Assembly (NCBI RefSeq): GCF_001194135.2
Contig: NC_068986.1
Coordinates: 113,878,177 to 113,942,176, forward strand
Direction: 5' to 3'
DNA length: 64,000 nt
From: Octopus bimaculoides
Taxonomy: Eukaryota
Positions 12,229 through 24,056 of this stretch are shown piece by piece. The translations under genes were made by a program, and so were the position numbers. The notes under the pieces are model-generated. The model was not told where the DNA came from and made no database searches. It saw only the letters and a program-made list of their open reading frames with translations. Each line of letters begins with the position of its first letter. The stretch's first letter is position 1.

Positions 12229-13294
12229 CATATATGTTTCGTTGTGTTTGAGTGGGTGTTTGTGGGCGTGTATAAATTGAATTAGAACAACGAGTAAATA
12301 TTACGGTAAAGATGGGTCGTTTTCTTAGCGAGAAATATAGAAGTGTGTTAGTAGAAACATTGGAAATCAACACCACTGCCAAGATGTAACCGACAGCAAT
12401 AGCAACAGGATGAATAAAGGTGACAAGAACAACAGTTACATAAACTACAACAACAACGGCTATAGCAACAACAACGACCGTGAAAAACATCAAGGAATAT
12501 CGAAATGATAATCTCAGAAACAAATATCAGGAATGTATTGGAAGGAGTAAAGGGTAATGGGGGAAGGAAAAGGTGTGTTTGAGGAGGAGAAGGTAGAGGA
12601 GGAGGGGAGGAGGAGCATCTAGGATGCTAAGTAAGTGAAGCAGAAGGGAAGGAATGAAGGAAGTAAGGAAGAAAAGAAGAAATTAGAAGTATAAACAATA
12701 AATAGAAAATAGAAAATGGAATGAATTCCTGAAGGAAAAATATGTGTAAATGTTTTATAAGATCTTGACAGTGGAGGTTTGTGTGATTGTGTCTGTTTTC
12801 ATTTGTGCGTGTGTACGTGTGTGTATTATATTTTTGTATACGTGTGTGTGTGTGTGTGCGCGTTGTGTGTGTGTGTGTGTGTGTGTGTGCGCGTTGTGTG
12901 TGTGTGTGTGTGCGCGCGCGTGGCTATTTGTGTGTCCGTGTGCGCGCGCATGTTTTACGCGTGTGTCTGTGTACGTTTGTTTCATTAGGAGCATATGTGA
13001 CATTGCATATTTTATATNNNNNNNNNNNNNNNNNNNNNNNNNNNNNNNNNNNNNNNNNNNNNNNNNNNNNNNNNNNNNNNNNNNNNNNNNNNNNNNNNNN
13101 NNNNNNNNNNNNNNNNNNNNNNNNNNNNNNNNNNNNNNNNNNNNNNNNNNNNNNNNNNNNNNNNNNNNNNNNNNNNNNNNNNNNNNNNNNNNNNNNNNNN
13201 NNNNNNNNNNNNNNNNNNNNNNNNNNNNNNNNNNNNNNNNNNNNNNNNNNNNNNNNNNNNNNNNNNNNNNNNNNNNNNNNNNNNNNNNNNNNNN

Positions 13295-13348
<54 letters not shown>

Positions 13349-13637
13349 TATGGGGGTCTGTGTGGGAGTTGTGTATATGTAACTGTACATGTAGGCGAGT
13401 GCGAGTGTCTACATATATATATATGCACACACAAGTATGCAGCAATGCTAATATAAATGTATGCACGTATAGATATAGTTATGCATATATGCATATAATC
13501 ATATATATATATATACACACATGCGTTCATACATTTATATGTATGCGTGTGTGTGTGTGTGTGTACGTTTGTGTGTGAACGCCAACACAAGTATATTCGT
13601 ACATATATATATATACATATATAACTACACACACACG

Positions 13638-13683
<46 letters not shown>

Positions 13684-13700
13684 CACACACACATTTATAT
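12110..13700. repeat. Microsatellite and low-complexity cluster: (AT)n, (CA)n, purine-rich tract about 12540-12730, (GT/GC)n about 12780-12960
   Basis: Direct reading. Confidence 0.9.
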
Positions 13701-14019
13701 ATGCATATAGGCGTACAGTATCATTGTGCATGGAGGTTTTTATATTGGAAAATAGTTCGACACGTGTGTAATGACTGAGATTTTCCCCTGAGCAGGAAAC
13801 ATTGGGTTTAATAAAAATTCTTCGCTTCGCAAACATCATTTCTGTCTTTCCATTACATTATCTGCCGTGTTATTCAAATTAATACCTCACGGCTATTTTT
13901 GCCTTCTACACGCTTTTGAATATACTAGAATATTACACTATTTCTATACACCTTCGTGTTTTCTTTTTTAAATACCAATACACGCCCACCCATCTACACT
14001 TATTCACATATACACTCAC

Positions 14020-14053
<34 letters not shown>

Positions 14054-14107
14054 TACATGTATGTGTGTGTGTAAGCATATATGCATATCAATATCAATAT
14101 ATATAAA

Positions 14108-14139
<32 letters not shown>

Positions 14140-14674
14140 CATATATATATATATGCTCATATAGATGAGCTTGTGTGTTATAATTTTACGTGCGTATATG
14201 CGTCCATAAGCTGGTATGTACGTATGTGGTGTACGACTCAGAATGCCTGTTCCTTCGTTGAAACCGCACATTGATCAAAAAATATCTAAAGCACTAGGAA
14301 AATCCTTCGATACGACATTCATGAATATATACACATCTTCTATATCAGCCTCCATCTTAGCATATATCAGGCATAGAATTTGAAGAAATTCCACGAAGAA
14401 ACACCATACCACTCTACTTCCACACAACAGGGAGTTTAACATTTTTCTATGATAATCAAATTGTTTATAGAACAGTGAACATCTGGGGAGAAACATATGG
14501 CCATACGTCTTTTACTGAGACACTTATATGAACGTCAAAGCAGAACAGAAGCAATTTTTTATACTAACAAAGCCATGACAAGCCTCACTCAAAACCCAAC
14601 TCTACAAATGGAAACAGGAAATACCCTAAATAAGGACATCAATTAAAGACAGGACCGGCTTAAACTTACCACCT

Positions 14675-14840
14675 ATACTCTTTTACTCTTTTACTTGTTT
14701 CAGTCATTTGACTGCGGCCATACTGGAGCACCGCCTTCAGTTGAGCAAATCGACCCCAGGACTTATTCTTGGAAGTCTAGTACTTATTTTATCGGTCTTT
14801 TGTGCTGAACCGCTAAGTTACGGGGACGTAAACACACCTA
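14675..14840 (-). mobile_element. SINE family B, 3' tail fragment
   Basis: Reverse complement of the family B tail (GGCGGTGCTCCAGTATGGCCGCAGTCAAATGACTGAAACAAGTAAAAGAG) seen at 19.9-20.1, 47.6-47.8 and 50.5-50.6 kb. Confidence 0.85.
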
Positions 14841-14859
14841 TATATACATATATGTATTC

Positions 14860-14911
<52 letters not shown>

Positions 14912-15563
14912 AGCACAGCCAGCCTAACTGCGATGTGTTGTTTATAATGACTTTGACGCCGTTGGAAGTCCGGTAAAGTCATTTCATGCATCTAAATTAT
15001 GTCCCTTGGCGAAATATTCTCGGCACCGGCAGTGGCTCAAATGTATCAAGTTATTTCATGGTATTGTGAATCATCAGCAGTAGGAACCCAAACAATGAAT
15101 ACCAGACATATATCTGACAAGCTGTACAGATCAATACTGGTAAAAGAACCAGTGATGTTAGGAAAACCTGGCAGGGTGTGTATAAGTTAGCTACAAGGGA
15201 GAAAAGGAGCAGTTTTAGCGAGTATTAATAAGCATATCAAAGCTAAATTGGATGTAGTATTTCTAACGCCGTAAACTGCGGTCAACACCCCAAAAGTTTA
15301 TCATTTGCCGTCTACGCAGTGTAAGGCGTTATAAGCAACACATACAAGTTAGGTTCAGTACGCTATTTGTTATTTGTTAGAAATGCTGCTTCTGTCATTA
15401 GTAGCTAATTCACATACACACGCATACATACAAAAACATATACCATATATATATAGTAAATCAAAAAAAAGAAAAACGAAGAAGAAACACACGAAAAAGC
15501 AACAACGCGAGGAATTGGTACATGTAGAGTATTAGCAGACGCTCAGGAAAGGAAAGAAAGGTG

Positions 15564-15598
15564 GTTTTACGTTTCGAGCAAAGCTCTTCTTCAGAAAC
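15564..15598 (-). ncRNA. Minimal type I hammerhead ribozyme motif, Penelope pLTR-type
   Basis: Minus strand GUUU-CUGAAGA-A-GAGC(UUU)GCUC-GAAAC-GUA-AAAC: core, 4-bp helix II, palindromic ACGU helix III, 4-bp helix I. Confidence 0.65.
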
Positions 15599-15759
15599 AG
15601 AGGATGACGGGGAAAAAAAAAATCGCCAACTATTCCCATGTGGTTACTACTATTTAACACAGTCTTTTACTTGAAATTTGTAGACGGAGAAATTTACCTT
15701 GAGTCTATTAGATGCCATGGTGCCTAACCACTTACTGTGTTAGCGGGGTACTTGTGAAC

Positions 15760-16210
15760 ATATTTCTGCGTGGATACATCTTTCAGATGTATCCACAACT
15801 GATTCAAATCTGGCGTAGAAAATAAAAAGACGTGCTTCACACATCAGTTTAGTTATCAGCCATAACCAGTAGAAGGGAATCAGCTTCCTCAGTGTAACCA
15901 GGTGACATCGTTGCTTCTGGCAACGCCCTATCATCTTTAACTAAGTGGATGAGATATTCCCAGTTCTTAGACATGTTTATGACTGAGGTTGTCGTGCAGC
16001 AGATCATGGCCACCATATTCAAGAGCCGCGAGACGATGAAGCCTTTTGGTAACTGGTGCCAGACGTGTGAAGAACGAGGGTGTCGCGTACATGTATTTTA
16101 TGATAAAAGACAGTATTTTATTTATTCGAAGCTGTGGAGATTCATGGGAGCGTTTGGCATCCAGCAACTCACTATTGTTCGCGTTGCGTCCTGGATGTCG
16201 TCAGTCGAAA
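15760..16210 (-). mobile_element. Possible degenerate DNA-transposon ORF (Academ-type XPG/PIN-like nuclease region)
   Basis: Minus frames give IQDATRTIVSCWMP..., INMSKNWEYLIHLVKDD, SPGYTEEADSLLL, N*TDV, DLNQLWIH, in the order of the D..A.IV..L.P / PKNW..FL..D / HEEADT / DTDV / L.ELW motifs I recall for these proteins; many stops. Confidence 0.35.
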
Positions 16211-16459
16211 AATAATCGGTAGCTAATAATTAGTTTTTTTATTTTTATTTTTAATGTTCTGGTTTAATATAGGGACGCTCGTGGCATGGTAAGGGCCCAA
16301 AATAATTTCCATATTATTGCATTTGAAATAGATGTCTTTCTGTCCAAGAAATATATTTAATATATTTTTGGAATCAATTACAATTTGGCTTCAGTATCCC
16401 AAAGTGTAAGAATAATCTTTGTGTTTTACTTATCAGCTAAAGTATATTATATCTATTTA

Positions 16460-16564
16460 CAACTCTCTCTCTCTCTCTGTCTCTCTCTCTCTCTCTTTCT
16501 TTCTCACACACACACATATATATATCACAAGTACAAATGTATATAAATATATATATATATATAG

Positions 16565-16655
<91 letters not shown>

Positions 16656-16700
16656 TATATACTCACACACACAGATATACATATATATATATGTGTATGA
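16460..16700. repeat. Compound (CT)n/(GT)n/(AT)n microsatellite
   Basis: Direct reading. Confidence 0.95.
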
Positions 16701-17273
16701 ATATCAACAAAATTATACACACATATCTATTGCGTTTATTGCATGTAAATAAGCAGCCATCTCCCTAGGTTACACTATAGAAGTAGGAATAAAAAATAAT
16801 AATTTCAAATTGCATGTAGAAAATAAATACGATCTCGAAATTTTTTTTTTAGAAACGAAAAACAAAATCTCTAACAACAAAATAATAAAAGATTTATTAA
16901 ATTTAATTCTACCTGCAAAACCCGTGCCTTCTCAGCATTGTTGCGTGATCATTTTCCTGCAATTGGCTAAATTTTCAGTTTGTGTACTATTAAATCAAAT
17001 ACTGAACCGAAAAATCATTCTGTTTTTGGGGATTTTTTTTTCCATATTGTTCATTGCAAACTCTATTACAAGATGCAAATATTCGTATTTAAATATAAAC
17101 GTACATTTATTTAGTTATTTATTCATTTATGTATTACATTGCCGTTTATCTAGAATATAAATATATTGTCATTATTGACAATGCGACTAAAATATTATGT
17201 CTAACCTATCTATCTATCTATCTATCTATCTCTCTATATATCATACACACATGCATATATATGTGTATGTGCG

Positions 17274-17330
<57 letters not shown>

Positions 17331-17519
17331 ATCATAAGCGAGTGAATCACTCCAAGAGTATAAATGTTCGCCCCCTCAAGAATGTCAGAATAGAACAGAA
17401 CCCGAGCAGGTAAACATAGCAAATAGATGATGGTATATGACTATAGCTTAAAATGAGGGTTTCTCATAGATATCAGTTGAAACCTAATGTATTGAAGAAA
17501 TTAATGGAAATAGAGTTGA

Positions 17520-17630
17520 GTGGAGGAGATCAAGAAAGACAAAAGTGGTGAAGATCAGGAAAGACAAGAGCGGAGATCAAGAAAGAGAAGAGCGGAGAAG
17601 ATCAAGAAAGAAAGAGAAGAGTGGATCAAC
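17520..17630. repeat. Degenerate purine-rich minisatellite, approx. 21-25 nt unit (GAGATCAAGAAAGA.AAGAGCG)
   Basis: About four copies of AGATCA(A/G)GAAAGA readable. Confidence 0.7.
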
Positions 17631-17679
17631 CAACACAAATGACTTGTTTATAGTGATCAAATGTATCTGCTGTACATTA

Positions 17680-17870
17680 GGTCACGCTCTCCATCAAATG
17701 CACGTTGCCTGACCAGGTACACGGTGTATCACATGTCAGATGGCGAAGTAACCACAGAGCAGCGTGAGATGAAGTGTCTTTACTCAAGAACACAACGTAT
17801 CTCTCTGTCTAAGAACAGAAACGAAGATCTTGCCGTCGGAATTGCATCACCCTAACCACGCACTCTCGCA
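17680..17870 (-). mobile_element. tRNA-derived SINE head with CORE-like segment
   Basis: Minus strand GTGGTTAGGG (A-box-like) ... TGTGTTCTTGAGTAAAGACACTTCATCTCACGCTGCTCT (CORE-like). Confidence 0.55.
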
Positions 17871-18015
17871 ACGTGTTGTATATATTCCATGTAACATATA
17901 ACAAGTAGTGTTCCTAACGAAACGATTCTGAAGTCTTAAAAATGCCAAAACGGATAAGTGGACTTTAGTGCTCGATGGAATAAAACAAAACTGTGACGAA
18001 TATATTAACATTATC

Positions 18016-18221
18016 TAGGCGGCGAGCTGGCAGAAACGTTAGCACACCAAGCGAAATGCTTAGCGCTATTTCGTCAATTTTTACGTTCTGAGTTCAAATT
18101 CCACCGAGGTTCACTTTGCCTTTCATCCTTTCGGGGTCGATAAATTAAGTACCAGTTGAGTACTGGGATCAATCTAATAGACTGGCCCCCTCCTCCAAAA
18201 TTTCGGGCCTTGAGTAGAAGA
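18016..18221 (+). mobile_element. SINE family A with perfect 18-bp target-site duplication
   Basis: GAATATATTAACATTATC at 17998-18015 and 18222-18239 flanks a full head-core-tail-1 copy. Confidence 0.93.
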
Positions 18222-18912
18222 GAATATATTAACATTATCAATAACCTTCCCCAATAGATCTTACATCGTTTGCAATAAGGTAGAATGAAAGTGTTTTAGA
18301 AAAAATATTTCGAAAAGGAAATGTTTAGGAGAGAAGTCATATTATTGCATTCGTTTGATATGAATGACCGCTTTAGTAAGTATTTTGACAATGGAATCGG
18401 GGCGAACCTTAAGCTACGCTAAATTTAGTGGATTAAATATTCAAGTTATATGCAGCGGTGAATTCTTTGCAATTCCGGTTTCATAAAGAACGGTGTTAAA
18501 TATACAAGATAGTTCTATGCTATACTAAAACTTATATTTGTTTTGTTTCATTATTTTTGAAACTAACAACAACTATATCAAGGATAAAGGTAGTTAGAAC
18601 TAACCAGATGCGGAATTGTAACGTGTATCTAATTTCGGTTGGTGGCTCATACTGACAGGATAATAGTGTTTACACGAGAGTGTAGTGTAAATTACAGTAT
18701 CTCATTGAACTCAACTAGAAGAATAGAACGTCTTTCAAATATGTGGTGTGACATGGTGGCGGGGGGGGGGGGAATTATTGTAAGGGAGATAATCTCACGT
18801 AGGTAAATCTTGACGGGATCAGACAAATGAACTTTTAATCGAAGAACAAAGAAATTCTTAAAATTGCCTGCCATAGCTAATCCTGATTAGTGCCATTTGA
18901 TTCTTAGTCGTC

Positions 18913-19207
18913 AAGGCGCATGGCTTAGTGGTCGTGAATTCAATTCCCGGCAATACATTGTGACCTTGAGCAAGGCACTTTACTTCTCATTGCTCCAGTT
19001 CACTCAGCTGGCAAAAATGAGTAGTACCTGTATTTCAAAGGGGACAGCCTTGTTGCATTTGGTGCCACACTGAATCTTCCTGAGAACTACGCTAAGGATA
19101 CACGTGTCTGTTGGATGCTCAACCAGTTGCACGTTAATTTCACGAGCAGGCCGTTCCCTTGATCGGATCAACTGGAACCCTCGTCGTCGTAACCGACGGA
19201 GTGCCAT
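18913..19207 (+). mobile_element. tRNA-derived CORE-like SINE (family C)
   Basis: GGCGCATGGCTTAGTGG A box, TTCAATTCCC B box (internal deletion), TGTGACCTTGAGCAAGGCACTTTACTTC CORE-like segment. Confidence 0.7.
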
Positions 19208-19670
19208 TCTTATTAAAAATCATCATCGTGACATAACCAGAGGCCAATAAATCGAACTAAATTAAGCATTGTACGAAGATATAAACGAGAGATGTTGCTG
19301 ATAAGAAAGGTATAGGTTTAAGTTAATTAGTAATAGAATTAATTGATTGTCGACCAGCCTGTCCTTCTACTGACCCTCTCATTTGATGACCACGTGGCAA
19401 ATACAAGATAATTAATATCATCACCATCACTATATGTTACTCTCGCAGGCGTCACTGATTTAGAAAATGAGTAAGCCAGGGACGCCATCTGCATAGAAAA
19501 TTAGTTAAGTTAGTTAACATGATTATTATATGTCATGTACCCAAAAACAAAAAAAAACTAAAATCAAGTGTAATGGGCTCATATGGAGATGCCGCTTGCT
19601 TATAAATTCAAAGTCGAATTTGTTAAGATGATTGCTATACATCACGTAAAGATTGTTTTAAAAATCAGAT

Positions 19671-19850
19671 CAGGCGCAGACGTGGCTGTGTAGTAAGACG
19701 CTTTCTTCCCAACCACATGGTTCCGGGTTCAGTCCCACTGCGTTGCACATTGGCCAACTGTCTTCTACTATAGCCTCAGGCCGATCAAAGCCTTGTGAGT
19801 GGATTTGGTAGACAGAAACTGAAAGAAGCTCGTCGTATAAATATGCGCTT

Positions 19851-19905
<55 letters not shown>

Positions 19906-20092
19906 TCCCCCCACAATCGCTTGATGACCGATGTTGGTGTGTTTATATCTCCGTAACTTAGCGGTTCGGCAAATGGTACCGATAGAATAAGTACTCGGCT
20001 TACAAAGAATAAACCCTGGAGTTGATTTGTTCGACTAAAGGCGGTGCTGCAGCATGGCCGCAGTCAGATGACTGCAACAATTGAAAGAATAG
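19671..20092 (+). mobile_element. Full-length SINE family B with internal (GT)n
   Basis: TGGCTGTGTAGTAAG A box, GGTTCAGTCCC B box, CORE-like TGTCTTCTACTATAGCC, internal microsatellite, conserved tail. Confidence 0.9.
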
Positions 20093-21129
20093 AAGAAATA
20101 TTGTGATGATGATGTAAATAGACGGAAATATACCCGGAGTTATCGTCCGTGTTCAACGAAGGAATCGATGTTGCAAAACCCCAGGAAATATCACATTTTA
20201 TATATTTTCTTCAATTTAGTTGCATAAATTTCTAAATCTTCATAGAATCATTATATTAGGCTCGATTGCTTATTGCATCTTGCTCCATAGTTAAGAGATT
20301 GTTGAGAGTATAACACAAGAAACTGGTTTAGTCAATCAAAGATTTCCATTCCTCATGTCACTCCATGATTAAGCTACTTTAAAGCGTTCAGTTCTATACA
20401 CTGTTTCAGTGGGTTGAAGATGTGGTCCATGTCCCCGATGCCTTTTATATTTAAGCATCATTAAAACTGAACAACGGTTTTAAATAATTGCTATGTCCTC
20501 AATACAATTTCATAGTCAAACTTATTCAAAATGCATAAAAAAAGTGAGGTTCGGTGTGTTTAAAATGTTTATATCACCGATGTCGCTCCAAAGTTAAGGA
20601 TATTTAACGTGCGGCAATCGAAGGCACGAATGCTGTCACAAACAGAACGATGTGATAGATAATATAATATGAAAGATAACATTAATCATTGTTGCTGGTG
20701 TTGTTTGTTATCACATAAACATTTCTGGTTATCTTCGCCGTGCAATTTAATATATTAACAATAACGTAGCTCGCTCTAACTCCCGATTTCTCTTTAACTG
20801 TTTAATTATATAATTATTTCTAGGTAGCTATTTGATGCTCCTTATGCTATATATGTCAACGCTAATTTAATTGCTATTTTAGTTTATAAATCAAGTAATT
20901 AATGAACTAACTAATTATCTCTAAGTGATTAAGCAGGAAATCTGAGCCGTTTTTGACTCAGATCTCAAGTGGGACACTACTGCGATGATACTGAAAATCT
21001 ACTCCACCTTAGGTCGGTTCTTTAAGATTTGGTAGTTCTTTCGAAAGTCTTCCGATGACAAAATCAATAAGTTGGCAGTCGACAGATCACTGTGACATTG
21101 GAGTGTAATTCTAGATGTTAGAATAGAGA

Positions 21130-21450
21130 TTAGTGAACTAGGACGAGATAGGGTAGAGGAAGCGGATGGGAATCATAGAGGGGGGGGGAGAGAAAGAAAT
21201 GATAGGGGATATTAATGAGGGGTTTAGGTTTTGAGAAAGATATACAGATATTAGTAGTGTTTGTGTGTGAGAGGGGAAGTATGTAATACATAGGGTGGGG
21301 ATTGAAATAAACAAAGAAACGGAGAGGCAGGAGAGAAGAAAATGCAAGAGGTAGTAAGAAGGAAGAGGAATCAATAGTTATAGAGAGATAGAGAGAAGAA
21401 TAGATGAAGAGGTGGAGAGAGTGAAGTGGGGAAGGATGTAGAGTCAGGGG
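21130..21450. repeat. Purine-rich (GA-skewed) low-complexity tract
   Basis: Direct reading. Confidence 0.7.
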
Positions 21451-21706
21451 TTAATTACTCATACACACATAGATGCACACACACATACATCCATGCGCCT
21501 TTATGTATGAATTTATATAGAAATTTGGAGATGCAACCAGGAGAGCTGAACTGAAAAGATGAGTGTATATATATCATTTATTATTAATAATCGGCTGACG
21601 CTACGGAGTAACTTGGGGGCCGAGAGCTTCGTGCATTTGTAACATAGGTGATAGCACATGAAACTCCTGGTCATTGGGTCACGCGGTACATTTTCCTTTG
21701 TTATGA

Positions 21707-21885
21707 TAGATAGATAGATAGATAGATAGATAGACGGACAGACAGACAGACAGATAGATAGATAAATAGACAGACAAACAGATAGATAAATAGGCAGACA
21801 GACAGATAGATAAATAGACAGACAGACAGATAGATAAATAGACAGACAGACAGATAGATAAATAGACAGACAGACAGATAGATAA

Positions 21886-21954
<69 letters not shown>

Positions 21955-21970
21955 TAAAGATAGATAGATA
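21707..21970. repeat. (GATA)n/(GACA)n compound microsatellite with a 24-nt higher-order unit
   Basis: Repeating GACAGACAGACAGATAGATAAATA unit in the centre. Confidence 0.95.
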
Positions 21971-22392
21971 GCGAGTTATATAAATATACAAACTACAACA
22001 GTTCATAAAATATATTTCCTATGTTTTTAGGTTGTTGAAAATGTGGAATGTTGATTCTAAATATATTATCAAATTTGGTTTATGCATTCTACTTTTAGAG
22101 CTAAACATATCTCTGCTGATGTGATCGCTTCCACGCCGAAATTGGAGATATCATATGTACCTTACATATTGGATAAATATATTAATGATACGCTGGTTCC
22201 AAAATTGCCATCGATTTTAATCCGTTTAGCTCTCATAGATCAATGATCTGTTATTTTGGTACCAAAAATTACAATGGTGATTCTCTTAATATATCAGGTG
22301 CTATCAACGCAATCTGCGTATTACAACCAACGTTTATTTCTGAAAGACAGCTTATAGGGCACAGTATCGTAATTTAATATGAATTGTAACGT

Positions 22393-22620
22393 TGAAGGCA
22401 GTCACATGACAGAACTGTTATCACGCCGAACAAAATGCTTAGCGCATATCCTTCGTCTTTGCCGTTCACAGTTCAAATTCAGCCGAAAGTCGACTTTACC
22501 TTCTATCTGTTCGGGAGTTGATAAAATGAGCACCAGTAGCACACTGGGGGTCAAAGTAATCCTCTTACCCCCTCCCCCGAAATTGCTGACATTGTGTCAA
22601 AATTTGAAACAAATATGAAT
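22393..22620 (+). mobile_element. Diverged SINE family A copy
   Basis: CAGTTCAAATTC...GTCGACTTTACCTT...GTTGATAAAATGAGCACCAG...CCCCGAAATTGCTGACATTGTGTCAAAATTTGAAAC. Confidence 0.75.
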
Positions 22621-22749
22621 TGTAACTGAAAAATAAACAGCGCATAGAGCATGGTTGGTTATTTAGCAGAGAAGAAGCGTCTTTTACATGAATACCATAT
22701 CCTATTGGGATGATGCCGAAACTACCCTCGACCATGATGTCTGATATTG

Positions 22750-23175
22750 TATGACTGTGTGTGAAGAAATTCGCTTTCAAACCAGATTGTTTGGGGTAGA
22801 GTCTTACTGCGCCTGAACTTGGGCAAGTCCCTTCTATAATAACCCTGGGCCGACCACAACAAGCAATGCTTCATGAGCGAATTTGGTAAACAGAAACTGT
22901 GTGGAATCCACCATATATCATCTCTGGGAGTGGGGAGAAAGAGCGTGAATGAATATGGGTGAGTGCATCTGTATGTTTGTCTTTCTCTTTGTCTTTTTTT
23001 ACAGTTTGACAACCGCTGTTGGTTTCTTTACACTCCCCATAACTCAGCTGACAGAATAAGTACCAGACATTACAAAACATAAGAACTGAGATCGATTTGT
23101 TCGATGAAACCTTTCGAAGTGGTGCTCCAATATGACCACACTCCAACGCCTTAAACAACTAAACGATAGAAATAT
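22750..23175 (+). mobile_element. Diverged SINE family B copy
   Basis: TTGGGCAAGTCCCTTCTATAATA, GAATTTGGTAAACAGAAACTG, AGAATAAGTACCAG, GTGGTGCTCCA tail. Confidence 0.7.
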
Positions 23176-23627
23176 ATAAAAGACTAATATTTCCCAGGAT
23201 AATTCCGTTGAACGTTGTAGCAGTGAGAAAGGCAATAACAAGGAGGCTCTCACTGCTACCAATCCGACCATGACATCCAGAAAAATTAGTGTCTACAACA
23301 GAAAGAGCGGTTGTAAGAGTATCTGACGCCTCAAAAATAGCCATAGCTATAATGTTGATAGGAACTCTATCGAAAATTACAGCAGCCTCAACAGAAACAC
23401 AAAGCACTCACGCATAGAAACGTGTCCTCCATTCTTTGTCAGGCGTCTCCGAATCCAGGATCTCATTGTCAGAAAAAGGTTGAGAGGTTGGTATTCAGAC
23501 GAGAAGAAGCAGGTATAAAAAAAGAGTAGAAAATATATTCTCATGAAGTTTCGGCTATCCTTCAGAAAGGAACTCATCAATCATCGATTCACTACTACTA
23601 CTAGTAGTAGTAGTAGTAGTAGTTATA

Positions 23628-24056
23628 ATAATCTTTTCTACTCTAGGCACAAGGCCCGAAACTTGGGGGGAGGGGGCCAGTTCATTGGATACGCAACTAG
23701 TACTTAAATTATCGACCCCGAAAGGATGAAAGGGCAAAGTCGACCTCGGCGGAATTTGAACTCAGAACATAAAGACAGATGAAATATCGTTAAGCATTTC
23801 TGCCGGCGTGCTAAATTTCCTTATTTCTTTATTGCTTACAAGAGGCTAAACATAGAGGGGATAAACAAGGACAGACAAAGGGATTAAGTCGATTACATCG
23901 ACTCCAGTGCGTAATTGGTACTTAATTTAGCGACCCCGAAAGGATGAAACGCAAAGTCGACCTCGGCGGAATTTGGACTCAGAACGTAACGGCAGACGAA
24001 ATACCGTTATGCATTTCGTCCGGCGTGCAAACGTTTCTGCCAGCTCGCCACCTTAC
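23628..24056 (-). mobile_element. Head-to-tail dimer of SINE family A (tail-2 monomer followed by a head-truncated tail-1 monomer)
   Basis: Two B boxes and two central domains (about 23705-23770 and 23925-23985) with different 3' tails. Confidence 0.88.

Noticed and set aside
14270-14640. Weak Penelope RT-like words (SFDTT, FFYDNQIVY)
   Set aside because: Motif order and spacing are not convincing without an HMM.
15060-15215. Strong minus-strand acceptor and a PGFPNITG peptide (Harbinger-like)
   Set aside because: Single short motif, no downstream Harbinger residues and no coherent exon.
23180-23575. PPFFVRRL..RK peptide resembling an R4 N-terminal region
   Set aside because: Only one weak motif; cannot be distinguished from chance.
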